NCBI GenBank assembly: GCA_963788195.1
Contig: CAWBGA010000013.1
Coordinates: forward strand, 1-64,000
Direction of reading: 5' to 3'
Length of the DNA stretch: 64,000 bases
Source: Nitrospirota bacterium
GTDB lineage: Bacteria > Nitrospirota > Nitrospiria > Nitrospirales > NS-4
Part shown: in pieces, positions 19,161 through 29,429 of the stretch
Layout of the letters: the number at the start of each line of letters is the position of its first letter
Position numbering within the stretch: the stretch's first letter is position 1
Translations under genes and position numbers: made by a program
The notes under the pieces: generated by a model
The model's input: only the letters and a program-made list of their open reading frames with translations
Databases searched by the model: none
Told to the model about the DNA's origin: nothing

Positions 19161-19721
19161 CTATTTGCTCGGAACATCCGGCCGTGGATCAGGGATAAAC
19201 CCGTCGCGATTCGGCATCTGCACCTGCGGCAAGGTCTGGGCATCGATTACCGCGTCTTCCGGCACGATTTCATTCTTATAGAGAAGCCATGCGACCACCG
19301 AATAAATTTCTTCCGGTGTCAAAGATCCCGGCGCGTTAAAGGGCATCGCCCGATTGATGTAATCGTACACCGTCGGCGCGTATGGCCAGTAGCTTCCGAT
19401 AGTTCTTACCGGCTTCGGGGAGGCCAAGGTCCCACGCCCACCGACAAGCTTGTCCTTTGGCCCTTCGGTACCGGTAGGCCCATGGCACATGGCGCATTTT
19501 GCGGCAAACACTTGAGCGCCCTGCTTGACGGTCCCGCGCCCCGGAGGAAGACCCTCGCCCGTGGAGGAAATATCAATGTTCCACGCCCTGATCTGGTCCT
19601 CGGTCGCCGCGAGTCCGAACCCGGAAAGCCCACGGTCTTCCGCGGACCACACGGTCAGAATACAAGCAAGACCTAGGACACCAGTCCCGATGGTTATGAG
19701 CAAGACTTTACGCATAGACAT
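19161..19721 (-). CDS. Monoheme cytochrome c (SoxD/SorB-like)
   Basis: CAMCH heme motif; TIGSYWPYA..RAMP; MPNRDGF; overlaps the soxC stop. Confidence 0.88.
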   Translation of the reverse strand: MSMRKVLLITIGTGVLGLACILTVWSAEDRGLSGFGLAATEDQIRAWNIDISSTGEGLPPGRGTVKQGAQVFAAKCAMCHGPTGTEGPKDKLVGGRGTLASPKPVRTIGSYWPYAPTVYDYINRAMPFNAPGSLTPEEIYSVVAWLLYKNEIVPEDAVIDAQTLPQVQMPNRDGFIPDPRPDVPSK

Positions 19722-20981
19722 TCCGCACTCGTCCATCGCGTTCCACCTTCCAGCTTTGGATGCCATTGTAATGATAGGTCGAGTTCGTGCCGCGAACTTT
19801 CACGAAGTTCCTGTCGTGTGGGTTGGACATAGCCGGTTTCATCGGTGCACCGGCTTTGGAGAATGGCTTCTTCGCCCTTCCATTGCCAGGGCAACCGGAA
19901 CCGAGTGTGGCACTTCGCAAGGACGGGGGCCTGAAGCTCCGCGGCTCGCCACGTGCGCCCGCCGTCGGTACTCACGTCGACCTTCGTGACTTTTCCACGG
20001 CCGGTCCACGCCAGGCCACGAATCTCCTGGAAGCCTCGCTGAATCTGCTGTTTGCCCGATGGATTCGTGATGACGGACTTGGCCTCCATCACCAGGCTGA
20101 ATTGATACGCCTTCCCGTTCGGCAGGAGATCGGTATATTTCGCCGTCTCCCAGCGGGTCATAAAAGGCGCGGCGCCGAGCTTCAGGCGACGCAGCCATTT
20201 CACATTGATGTTGCCTTCGAAACCGGGCAAGAGAAGGCGTAACGGGTATCCCTGCTCAGGCCTTAGCGCCTCTCCATTCTGGCCGTAGCAGATGATCGCC
20301 TCTTCAAGCACTTCATCAGTCAAGGGAACACTGCGGTCCAGTCCAGCGGCATCGCTTCCCTCTGCCAGCATCCAACTCGCCTCGCGTCGAGCACCGACGG
20401 CTTCCAGAAGTGTCGAAAGTCTCACCCCGGTCCATTCACTGGTGCTGGTCAATCCATGCGTATCCTGGACACTAAAATCACCGGCCTCGTTCCGCCAGCC
20501 GTCCCACGTGTTGCCCGAGCACTCAACGAATGCGATTCGTGAGACGTCGGGCAAGCGTTCCAGATCATCGCGCGTAAAGAGCATAGGCCGGTCCACAAGG
20601 CCATGAATCAGTAGCCGATGCCGTGTGGGATCAATCAGCGGGACCCCATTATGGTGGCGCTCGAAGTGCAGCGAGGCCGGGGTCACGATTCCGTGCAGGT
20701 CTTGAAGAGGGGTCAGGGAGTTAAAGTTATTCGGTGCAATCGGCGCTCCAGCCATGCGGCGCGCCCGGCCCGCCTCCTCCCAACCGCATCTGTTGCTCGA
20801 ACGGCGACCGCTCTCCATAGGGTCGAGGCAATGCTCCAGGAACACGCATGGGGTTCTCTGGAGCCTTGGGCTCTTGGGCGCTGACTTTCGGAAGTGCAAG
20901 GGCAGCGGTTCCCAAGGCGGTGATGGTCGCGCTTCGCACGAGGAACCTGCGACGGCTCATATTGCGTAAGCCTTCGTCCAT
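19708..20981 (-). CDS. soxC: SoxC-type molybdopterin sulfite dehydrogenase with Tat signal; frameshifts near 20740 and 19800
   Basis: SRRRFL Tat motif; TPLQDLHGIVTP..HFERHH, ECSGN, GYPLRL..VKWLRRL; C-terminus YHYNGIQSW in ORF 19708..19920. Confidence 0.88.
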
Positions 20982-21280
20982 GACGCCCTCCTTGATGACA
21001 TGTTGTAATTCGGTGCGACGGTGTCCCAGACGTCGCGGAGGTCCGCAGGCTCCGCCGGCAGAGTATCTCGATTCTATCTAATCTGATGCCTCGACTACAA
21101 ATCCTGTGCTCATCTCCTGGCGTTGGATCATCAACTACGGACGATTGATGACGTTCGAGCGCGGGCCTTCTGAAGCGGGCGACTCCCGCGCCGAACGAGA
21201 ATTCGAGAAGGCTAGAGAATCGGTATTTCCCGCTGCTCCTGTTTCTCCTCGGAGATCTCGGGACGGGACGCCGAACAGTG

Positions 21281-22897
21281 TCACGATGGCTCCTGATAGC
21301 GGATGAAGTGATCGTAGAGCTGGACCGGATGACTGATGGGCGACGGCAGGGTCACCTTCGCGGGACGAACGATAAAGGTATTTATCTCATCGGGTGACGG
21401 TCCGGCGTGGGCGCCCATTTCTGGAATGAATGAGACATGTCCTCTGGGGGCATCGATACCGTAGATCACGAGGTCGCCGGCGCTCGGCATCGCCATCAGA
21501 TCTGCGATGCCTTGGACAACCACCGAGGCGTCGGCGCGCTCCGCAAAGGGCCCCTGCTCGCCATCGCCGAACTGGTAGCGCTTGCCTTGCTGGAAGCAGA
21601 CGGGACCGTTGCGGGATCGAGCGAGGACAAAGCCCACGCCCGGACTCTGCGAAAGCTTCTCAGCCAGTTTGGGAAAGCGACGCTCGATGGCGTCGATGTC
21701 GAGCGGTGCCGTGACGTCGAGCACATACAGAAAGGCATTCGGACCGGCAGAGATCACCCGGACACCGTTCTGCTCGTACGCCTCCGGGTCGCGGCTGCGC
21801 AGGAAGTCCTCATCAATATAGTTTTGAAAATGCTGAAACAGCTCCGGCGCGCCACGCCGACGGACACGGATCCCGTGTACCAAACCTCTTTGCGCGCGCC
21901 CATCCGGTGGCACCGTCGGCTTCGCGGCCAGGAACTCGTCGAAAATCCATCGCTCGAACGGCCGGCCGCCGGTGAGGTCCTGGTAAGGTCTGCAGGGCGT
22001 CTGGCCATGGTCGGAGAGGATGTAGACATCGTACTGGTGCTCGGGCACCCGTCGCGTCACGCGCCAGAGCTGGCGGATCGCATGATCGATGCCACGCAAG
22101 TTCGCAAGCGCTCGACGGCTGCGTGGACCGAAATTGTGTGCCGCCTCATCGTAGTCCACATAGTTCACGTACACGGCCGGAACCCCGGCATAGAGATCGC
22201 GGGAGACAGCCATGGTGAAGAACTCGTGCATCCAGACCCCGACGATGATCTTCATCAGGAACCAGCGCCGGCCCAGGCGCCTGCTTTGACCGACGCGCGG
22301 CGAAGCGCGGCACGGCTTTGCCGAGCTCGATGATCGTCCGTAGCAGGCTCTTCAGGCATACCCAGCCCAGCACCACAAACGGTGAGAGCGCGGCGAGCAG
22401 GCCGCGACCGCTCGGACGCGTGAGGCTCGCGAAGGTACAAAGGTTGTTGTCGGCGCCTCCCGTAAAGACGCAGCCGTATGCACTACCGCCCTGGAGAATG
22501 CCGCGTCGGCCCGCTGTGTGTTTGGCTTCGACCAGCGCCGCGTGTCCAGCCCGGGGGAAATGTATATCGCTCTGCCGCTCGCGGTCGTAGTAGTGAAAGC
22601 CCGGTATGTCAGGGCGCACACCGTACATCGCCGCCATCTGAAAGGCAGGGGTCGAGGTCGGCAGGCCAACGGTCATCGGCTCCATGCGATAGCCGTGACG
22701 CCGCAGCAATCTTTTGAGGAAGGGCATGTGGCCGGACGCCAGTGCCTCTTCCAGGACGACGCGCGATAGGCCATCGATCTGCACGATTAGGAAACGTCGA
22801 TGCGTAGGGACACGGGGGGGCCGCCACGGCGCAGACGGCGGACGAGACGATCGATCGCTCGCTGGAGAGAAAGGACCAGTTCGTCCAGGGATATCAT
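21281..22897 (-). CDS. Alkaline-phosphatase-superfamily (phosphodiesterase-like) protein; frameshifts near 22810 and 22270
   Basis: FLIVQIDGLS, LPTSTPAFQ, YDEAAH..GP, ILSDHGQ, GAHAG metal-binding motifs across ORFs 22146..22784 and 21281..22255. Confidence 0.78.
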
Positions 22898-22948
22898 CGC
22901 GGGTAGAAGACGTAATCCATGCCGAGCGATTTCTCGGGCGTGGATATC

Positions 22949-23240
22949 TTAACCTTTGTTCATGCAGAATCCAGGAGTAATTTTCACCAAGAGTTCTGCC
23001 AACTCAGCCCATGGCCTGTAGACATATGTTGGATTCACATACGCCGGACTGCGGGACCGCCTGATTCCCTCTCGAATTTCCTTGTTGTCCCAGCCCAAAT
23101 TCCCGACACGCCAATCCATCATGCAATCAACATACTTTCGGCCACGGCGTCAAACACGAAACTCCCATCCGACCTCACCAATTGCAGGTCATCGGCATCC
23201 GAGCCTCTCGCCCAGAAAAACCTCGTTCAATTCTTTTAGA
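22949..23240 (-). pseudogene. N-terminal remnant of a class-III aminotransferase
   Basis: Manual translation VRSDGSFVFDA/GRKYVDCMMDWRVGNLGWDN..YRPWAELAELLVKITPG, then stop; the rest of the gene is absent. Confidence 0.65.
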
Positions 23241-23295
23241 TTCAAAGAGCTACTCAGGGTGCAAATCAATTCATATCAATCGTACAGAGTCATCG

Positions 23296-23813
23296 TCATT
23301 TTATTGGATGGATATCCACCACCATGCCGGATTCGTCTAGTTCCAGGTCGATCCGTTGATTCGCCTTAACTGCGTCAGTTTACCGACCGCGACCGGATCC
23401 AACTTAAAAGTCTCTGTGGCTTTCGCTGTGGCAACTTTAATTTCCTTTGGCAATTTCTCGACTAGTGTTCCTTCCACGATGCGATGATGGGTAGGTTGGC
23501 CCGGTGCATGGACATCGATCACCAGATTGTCCTCATCGAGAACCACCAATAGCTCATCGCCAGGTTTGACATCCTTGATTCCCAGACGCTCAGCTCTTTT
23601 CACCTCAAGCGTCCGATGTTGTATCACTCCTGGTATTTTTAAAAAGATCAAGCCAGACTGAATTTTTGAAACGTAGCCATGTACCTCCTGGTGTCCAGCC
23701 TTCCCTGCGCGTTTCGGCGGATCATCGGCCCTAACGGCCATTGCCACGAAAAGACCGATACCGATGGCGACGGCCAGGATTGTTCGTAAGAAAAGATAGT
23801 TCTTGAACGTCAT
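23296..23813 (-). CDS. Exported hypothetical protein, frameshift near the C-terminus
   Basis: AAGGAG RBS; signal peptide; internal repeat LDEDNLVIDVH / LDESGMVVDIH, the second in a shifted frame. Confidence 0.6.
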
Positions 23814-23874
23814 ACGTTCTCCTTTTGTTTGGTCCGAGAGATGTCTCACTGTCGTGAGAGTCATCGTCGCGATC

Positions 23875-24315
23875 TCAGACGATAACTCGTGACAGCCGTC
23901 GCGCTATCTCTGATTTGGGCTGTACGCCCACGATGCGATCGATTTCATGGCCTTGTTTTAACACCAGCAGCGTCGGAATGCTGGAAACATTGAAGCGCGC
24001 CGCCGTCGCCGGATTCTCGTCAACATTGAGTTTTGCCACTTGCACACGCCCCGCCATTTCCTCCGCCAGCTCAACTATCATCGGGGCGATCGTGCGGCAT
24101 GGCCCGCACCATGGCGCCCACATGTCGAGCAATACCGGCAGGGACGAGGACTCGACCTCCGCCGCAAATGTTGCATCCGTGACCGTCACCGGCTCGGAGA
24201 CAGGCAGAGGCGTTTTGCACTGTCCGCATACAGGTCGAAGCCTATGTGCTTTTTGGGGCCGCAGCCGATTGCGCGCGCCGCAGGAAGCACAACGAATCAA
24301 TGATGCCTCAGACAT
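23875..24315 (-). CDS. trxC: Thioredoxin 2 (Zn-finger type)
   Basis: CASC..CGQC zinc finger plus WAPWCGPC. Confidence 0.9.
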   Translation of the reverse strand: MSEASLIRCASCGARNRLRPQKAHRLRPVCGQCKTPLPVSEPVTVTDATFAAEVESSSLPVLLDMWAPWCGPCRTIAPMIVELAEEMAGRVQVAKLNVDENPATAARFNVSSIPTLLVLKQGHEIDRIVGVQPKSEIARRLSRVIV

Positions 24316-24806
24316 ATCTTTCGTGCTCTGCAGGACCCTTGGGCCCCCTTAGTGTGTATGATTGTGAAGCACCGTCATCTGACGTCCCCCATGTGCAGGT
24401 GGTTGTTGAGAATCTCGCGCAGCGCGTTGGGCGACACCTCGTAAACTTCACACTCGCCTCGGGCGACGCCGTTGAAGAACGGGACCTGCGGGTCAACTGC
24501 GCCACGTCGCCGGTGATGACTACCGTAAGTACGGCATGAACTGCGCGCGGCACCGGTAGCTCCATTTTATCAACGTAGCACCAGGCCCAACGTTCGCCGG
24601 GCTCGAAACTCGCCATCACCGGGTGGCCCACGTGTTGGAAATGTTTCGTTGCGTGGCGGTTTGGCGAACTGTCACAACAGCCGACGTGCCCACACGTCAG
24701 GCACAACCGTAAATGGACCCAGGGAGAGCCATTTTTAAGCACTCCTCACACCCAAGTTGTGTGAGGGGAGACTGGCGTCGAGATCGATCATGTGTTCACA
24801 CGTCAT
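24308..24806 (-). CDS. UBP-type zinc-finger protein, frameshifted; true 3' end uncertain
   Basis: [45 protein letters not shown]. Confidence 0.75.
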
Positions 24807-25131
24807 TACAGAATTCATCGCAGACCTCCCAGGATAAACAGCCTCCGTTGACTTCAGTTATCTGCACTCCCAAGCAGTCGCGTTGGCGATCCCACAAGTA
24901 GCATCATCGTGTAGAAGCGCACCCTGCGTATTTTCGGGTGGTGTTCGTCCCAGAATACCTCGGACTATAGGCGGGGAGTCCAAGGTCTGCAAGTTCGTTA
25001 TGTGAAGAAGTGTGGGAACATACGTAAGATGGGGTGAGTCCGTACTAAGGCCTACGAGCGCGGATTCGCCTCCCTCCCTACGGCGGTGTGCGCGAGCTGG
25101 CGACCGCTCGCGCTTCACCGAATTGAAGCAG

Positions 25132-25555
25132 CTATTCTTCAATATCTGGCCCAATACCGACCCGAGCTCGCAAGAGGTCATGCCGAGTCACAGAGTATGC
25201 GACCTTGCCATCCTTCTCGACCGGGAGGTTCAATACAGGTAACTCCGCCATAATCCTTATAGCCTCCGAGATGGTCGTAGACTCGTCGACCGCTATGGCA
25301 CTCTATTCATGATGTCCTCTGCGGTGAGCTGGGGTAAGTCTCTGCCGCACTCAATTGCCACAAGCAGGTCGATCTCACTGACGAATCCAATGAATCTACT
25401 CTCACTGTCCACAACTGGTGCGCCTGTGCTATGGCTTGAGACCAGCTTAGTGGCAACAGAGAGCCGTCATCTCCTGCTTGAAACAGTAAATCGTTAGTTC
25501 CCACAATCTGTCCGACGGTCTTTAGCCCTTCCTTGGGAACGCCTGGTATGTTCAT
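25132..25555 (-). CDS. CBS-domain protein with several frameshifts
   Basis: Manual translation MNIPGVPKEGLKTVGQI..GAPVVD..FIGFVSEIDLL..TAEDIM..NLPVEKDGKVAYSVTRHDLLRA. Confidence 0.7.
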
Positions 25556-25592
25556 GTCTTCCCCCTTTGTTGAACAAGAATGGACGACTGTC

Positions 25593-26270
25593 TCAGGCGG
25601 TTGTTTCTCCGGCACGATAGGCACCCGCCGCCTGTAGCGTGGGCGCCTGTGCCCCATGCCAACGGCGAAGTCTGAAAGCCAGGGCGATGAGCAATGCCCC
25701 GAAGGCCAGCGCATAGGCGCCGATGATGAAGGCGATGGCGACAGCGCCAGGGCCCGGCCATGCCGCCAGCACGACGCCCATGAGAATCGACAATACCCCG
25801 GCCGCCGCCAACAGCCACTCACTTTCGATCTGCTTGCGAAGGCGAACAGCGGCGATAATCTCTATCACTCCGGTCACAATCGCCCACGACGCGATCACGA
25901 ATATCAACGCTAGTGCGGTAATTTCAGGCCAGAGCACTGTGATAACGGCGGCCCCAATACCGAGCACCCCTTCTAACGTGAGCATCCACCAGGGGCCGCG
26001 ACGCCTCGACCCACGCATCAACGCGACCAGGCAGAAAATCCCATCTAGCAGGGCGTATGTGGCGAAGAGGATCACCAATGCGAAAATCGTGGCAGTCGGT
26101 ACCAGGAAGCTGATTATCCCGACCATGAGCGAGAACAATCCACGGAGCCCGACGATCCACCAATTTTTACCGAACCGTAACGCTTCCTTTATTTCCAAGG
26201 TCTCTACATCCCGATGGCCGTATCCTGCGGTCTTACGTTGTGGGCAATCGTAGTGGCTTGTGGCATACAT
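25593..26270 (-). CDS. HdeD/DUF308-family membrane protein
   Basis: NWWIVGLRG, YALLDG, WAIVTGVIEIIAA; AGGAGG RBS before ATG 26270. Confidence 0.85.
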   Translation of the reverse strand: MYATSHYDCPQRKTAGYGHRDVETLEIKEALRFGKNWWIVGLRGLFSLMVGIISFLVPTATIFALVILFATYALLDGIFCLVALMRGSRRRGPWWMLTLEGVLGIGAAVITVLWPEITALALIFVIASWAIVTGVIEIIAAVRLRKQIESEWLLAAAGVLSILMGVVLAAWPGPGAVAIAFIIGAYALAFGALLIALAFRLRRWHGAQAPTLQAAGAYRAGETTA

Positions 26271-26405
26271 CCTCCTTGAATGAAGATAAAGCCTGACGAG
26301 CCGTTGGGTCAGCTTGCGGCAAAAATGACCAAACGTAAATAGACAATTGAAGGGAGATCGGTCAAGAAATGTCGCCACCCAAAGAGGCTTCCAGCTGGGA
26401 AGGCG

Positions 26406-28217
26406 TCAGCGATCTGCCTCTCTCTCGAAAAGCAGAAACATGCTGGGTCTTAAGGAGAGAACTAAATTTCCGTCCGAGACGATCTCCGTAGGAGCAGTTG
26501 TACCCTGGCCGAGCCAGCGTTCCTCGCTGGAATCTACGCGCTTGCGCCAACATCCCGCCGGAACTACAAGCCGGCTGTCTTCTATCGTCTTGCCGAACCG
26601 GCAGGCCATGAGGATCTGGCTCCGGTCGTGCCAGCGACGGGTGAACAGATCACCCGTAGCAGCGTCCGCCGTAAGCCCCATGTGATCTTTGCTGAGATGC
26701 GCGAGGGCAGGAATGGTTTTTCGAAGCTGGATCAGCTCCTTATAGAATTCCAGCAACTCGCGATGATGACTTTTCTCACGTAACTCGCGAGAAAGCTTGC
26801 AGCGCAGAAACGTCTCTTGGTCTTGGGGGTCAGGCAGCTCGCCGGCCCACTGGAAACCCGTGAATTCCTCCCTCCGTCCCCGGCGGACCGCTTCGATGAG
26901 CGGGGCGTCGGTGAAATTCACGAAGTACTGGAAAGGCGCGGTTTCTGCATACTCCTCCCCCATGAATAGCAGCGGGATGAAGGGGCTCAATAGCACCATG
27001 CCAGCCCCGAGCTTAAGCTCCTCAAACGTGACCAGGTGTCCCAGACGCTCACCAAGCATCCGGTTGCCTATCTGGTCGTGGTTTTGGATGAAAACAACAA
27101 AGCGATGGCTGGGGATGTCGCCTGGCGAATTTCCATGGCGGCGCTGGCGGTGGGTCGAATACTGCCCTGAGTAGGTCCAGCCCTGGGATATGGCGGAGCT
27201 CAGGTGGTGCAGTTCGCCGAAGTCCTGATAGTAGCCGGTCCGCTCACCAGTGAGCAGTGTGTGCAGGGCATGATGAAAATCATCGCTCCACTGCGCATCC
27301 AGCCCGAAACCTCCGCGCGGACAGCGTTGGATCAAACGCGCGTCGTTTGCATCGCTTTCGGGAATTAGATAGATCTTCCGGTGAAGTCGCTCCGCCTGTT
27401 CATGGACGGCCAGACCGAGTTCCGCAAGAAACGGCCGAGCCGACAGGTCCATGATCGCGTGAACCGCATCAAGGCGAAGGGCGTCGATATGGAATTCCGT
27501 GATCCAGTACAGGGCGTTCTCAATGAAAAAGCGCCGGACTTCATCGCTCATCGCCCCATCGAAGTTAAGGGCCGTTCCCCACGGCGTGCGATACCGATCG
27601 GTGAAATAGGGGCCGAACTGCCCCAGATAGTTCCCTTCGGGGCCAAGATGATTGTAGACGACGTCAAGGACTACCGCTAAGCCGCGCTCGTGGCAGGCAT
27701 TGACGAGCGCCTTCAAGGCTGAGGGGCCGCCATAGGAGTTCTGGACAGCGAATGGGTAGACGCCATCGTAGCCCCAGTTCCGATCCCCGGGGAACTGCGC
27801 GACAGGCATGAGTTCAATCGCCGTAATGCCCAAGTCAGTCAGTTCGTCCAGGTGCTCGTGAATCGCGCCGAATGAGCCCTGAGCCGTATATGTGCCGACG
27901 TGCAGTTCGTACAGGATGAAGTCCTGTATTGGAAGTCCGGCCCACGAGCTATCGGTCCAGTTGAATTCCTGAGAAACGACTTCGGAAGCCTCGTGCACCC
28001 CGCCGGGTTGAAAACGGGAGGCCGGATCCGGGCGCATTGAGCCGTCCTCGAGCCGATAGAAATAACGCGCCGCGGGTGGAACATCATTCACAATCGCACA
28101 GAAATATCCGCGCTCAGTCGGCTCGAGGGGGACGACTTTCGGGCTGGGGGCGATAATTTCGACCGATACCTGGCGGGAGTACGGAGCCCATACCTCAAAG
28201 CGGCATCGGTCTTCCAC
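26406..28217 (-). CDS. treZ: Malto-oligosyltrehalose trehalohydrolase (true start probably a little upstream across an indel)
   Basis: FEVWAP, RPDPASRFQP, YELHVG, NWGYDGV, LRLDAVHA, QNHDQIGNR. Confidence 0.93.
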   Translation of the reverse strand: MEDRCRFEVWAPYSRQVSVEIIAPSPKVVPLEPTERGYFCAIVNDVPPAARYFYRLEDGSMRPDPASRFQPGGVHEASEVVSQEFNWTDSSWAGLPIQDFILYELHVGTYTAQGSFGAIHEHLDELTDLGITAIELMPVAQFPGDRNWGYDGVYPFAVQNSYGGPSALKALVNACHERGLAVVLDVVYNHLGPEGNYLGQFGPYFTDRYRTPWGTALNFDGAMSDEVRRFFIENALYWITEFHIDALRLDAVHAIMDLSARPFLAELGLAVHEQAERLHRKIYLIPESDANDARLIQRCPRGGFGLDAQWSDDFHHALHTLLTGERTGYYQDFGELHHLSSAISQGWTYSGQYSTHRQRRHGNSPGDIPSHRFVVFIQNHDQIGNRMLGERLGHLVTFEELKLGAGMVLLSPFIPLLFMGEEYAETAPFQYFVNFTDAPLIEAVRRGRREEFTGFQWAGELPDPQDQETFLRCKLSRELREKSHHRELLEFYKELIQLRKTIPALAHLSKDHMGLTADAATGDLFTRRWHDRSQILMACRFGKTIEDSRLVVPAGCWRKRVDSSEERWLGQGTTAPTEIVSDGNLVLSLRPSMFLLFEREADR

Positions 28218-28544
28218 CTAGATAGGTGGCGCCTACAAATTCTGTCGTCATACCTGTATTGTGTTCCTTGATGGCTCTTCAAGGCGTTAGGCATGTGGCG
28301 TATGGTCTTAGTTTAATTTTGGGGGATTTAAGTGTAGAGGATCAAGTGCGAATGCCGCTATCAACGGCTGACACAGCCGACAGAAGAGATGGGGAGCCTT
28401 CAGCCCCACCAGGCGTAGAGGTATATTATTCTTCGTGGGGACGGAGCCGACAGTAGGTTGTTCTATCGTCTGAGCCAATTCCCCCATCGGTAGTATAGGG
28501 CTCTGACGGTCGCGCTGCTACCCTGGGTATAGGAGGTACACTCC

Positions 28545-29390
28545 ATGGCCCGATCACTGCAAAACGCATCGCTTTCCTTTGGGCTGGTCAACATTCCCAT
28601 TCGCCTGTACACAGCAGCGACGTCTCATGCTGTGGCGTTCCACATGCTCCACCAAAAAGACGGGAGCCGCGTGAGGCAGCACTTGTTCTGTGAAGCAGAG
28701 GACAAGGAAATCACGCGTGATGACATCGTCAAGGGCTTTGAAGTTTCCAAGGGTCACTATGTCGAACTTACTGAGAAGGAACTCGAAGCGCTCGAAGCCC
28801 AAGCGAACCGTAGCGTAGAGATCCAGGAGTTTGTGAACTTGGATGACGTCGACCCGGTCTATTTCGAAAAGACGTACTACCTCGCGCCTGACAAGGGAGG
28901 AGAAAAGCCCTATGCCCTTCTTGCCCAGGCGTTGAAGGATCGGAACCAGGCCGCGGTAGCCCAATTCGTTATGCGGGGTAAGGAGAGTTTGGTATTGGTC
29001 CGACCTTATGCGGATCATTATCTGGCCATGGATGTCATGTACTACGCAGATGAAGTGCGGGACATCAAAGAAGTGGAGGTCCCGTCAGTGAAGATTCGTG
29101 AAAACGAACTCAGGCTCGCCACGCAACTCATTGAGAATCTCCGCGCCAAGAAATGGGAACCTGAGAAGTACCGTGATACGTATCGTCAACGGGTGTTGGA
29201 TGTCATCAAGAAGAAACAAAAGGGCGAAGAAATTGCCGCACCCAAGAAGCGTGAACCGGCACAGGTGGTGGATCTCATGGAGGCGCTCAAGCGCAGTCTC
29301 GGCAAGCGGGAGCGGAAAAAAAAAGAACCAGCCAGAGTGGAACGTCAACGAAGCACAAGCAGACAGCATCGCAATCGAAAAGCGTCTTAA
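28545..29390 (+). CDS. ku: NHEJ DNA end-binding protein Ku
   Basis: SFGLVNIPIRLY, DPVYFEKTYYL, VVDLMEALKRS, basic tail; AGGAGG RBS. Confidence 0.95.
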   Translation: MARSLQNASLSFGLVNIPIRLYTAATSHAVAFHMLHQKDGSRVRQHLFCEAEDKEITRDDIVKGFEVSKGHYVELTEKELEALEAQANRSVEIQEFVNLDDVDPVYFEKTYYLAPDKGGEKPYALLAQALKDRNQAAVAQFVMRGKESLVLVRPYADHYLAMDVMYYADEVRDIKEVEVPSVKIRENELRLATQLIENLRAKKWEPEKYRDTYRQRVLDVIKKKQKGEEIAAPKKREPAQVVDLMEALKRSLGKRERKKKEPARVERQRSTSRQHRNRKAS

Positions 29391-29429
29391 GCCTGGAATG
29401 GAGTTCCAACGTCAAAAGCTAAGATCGCT

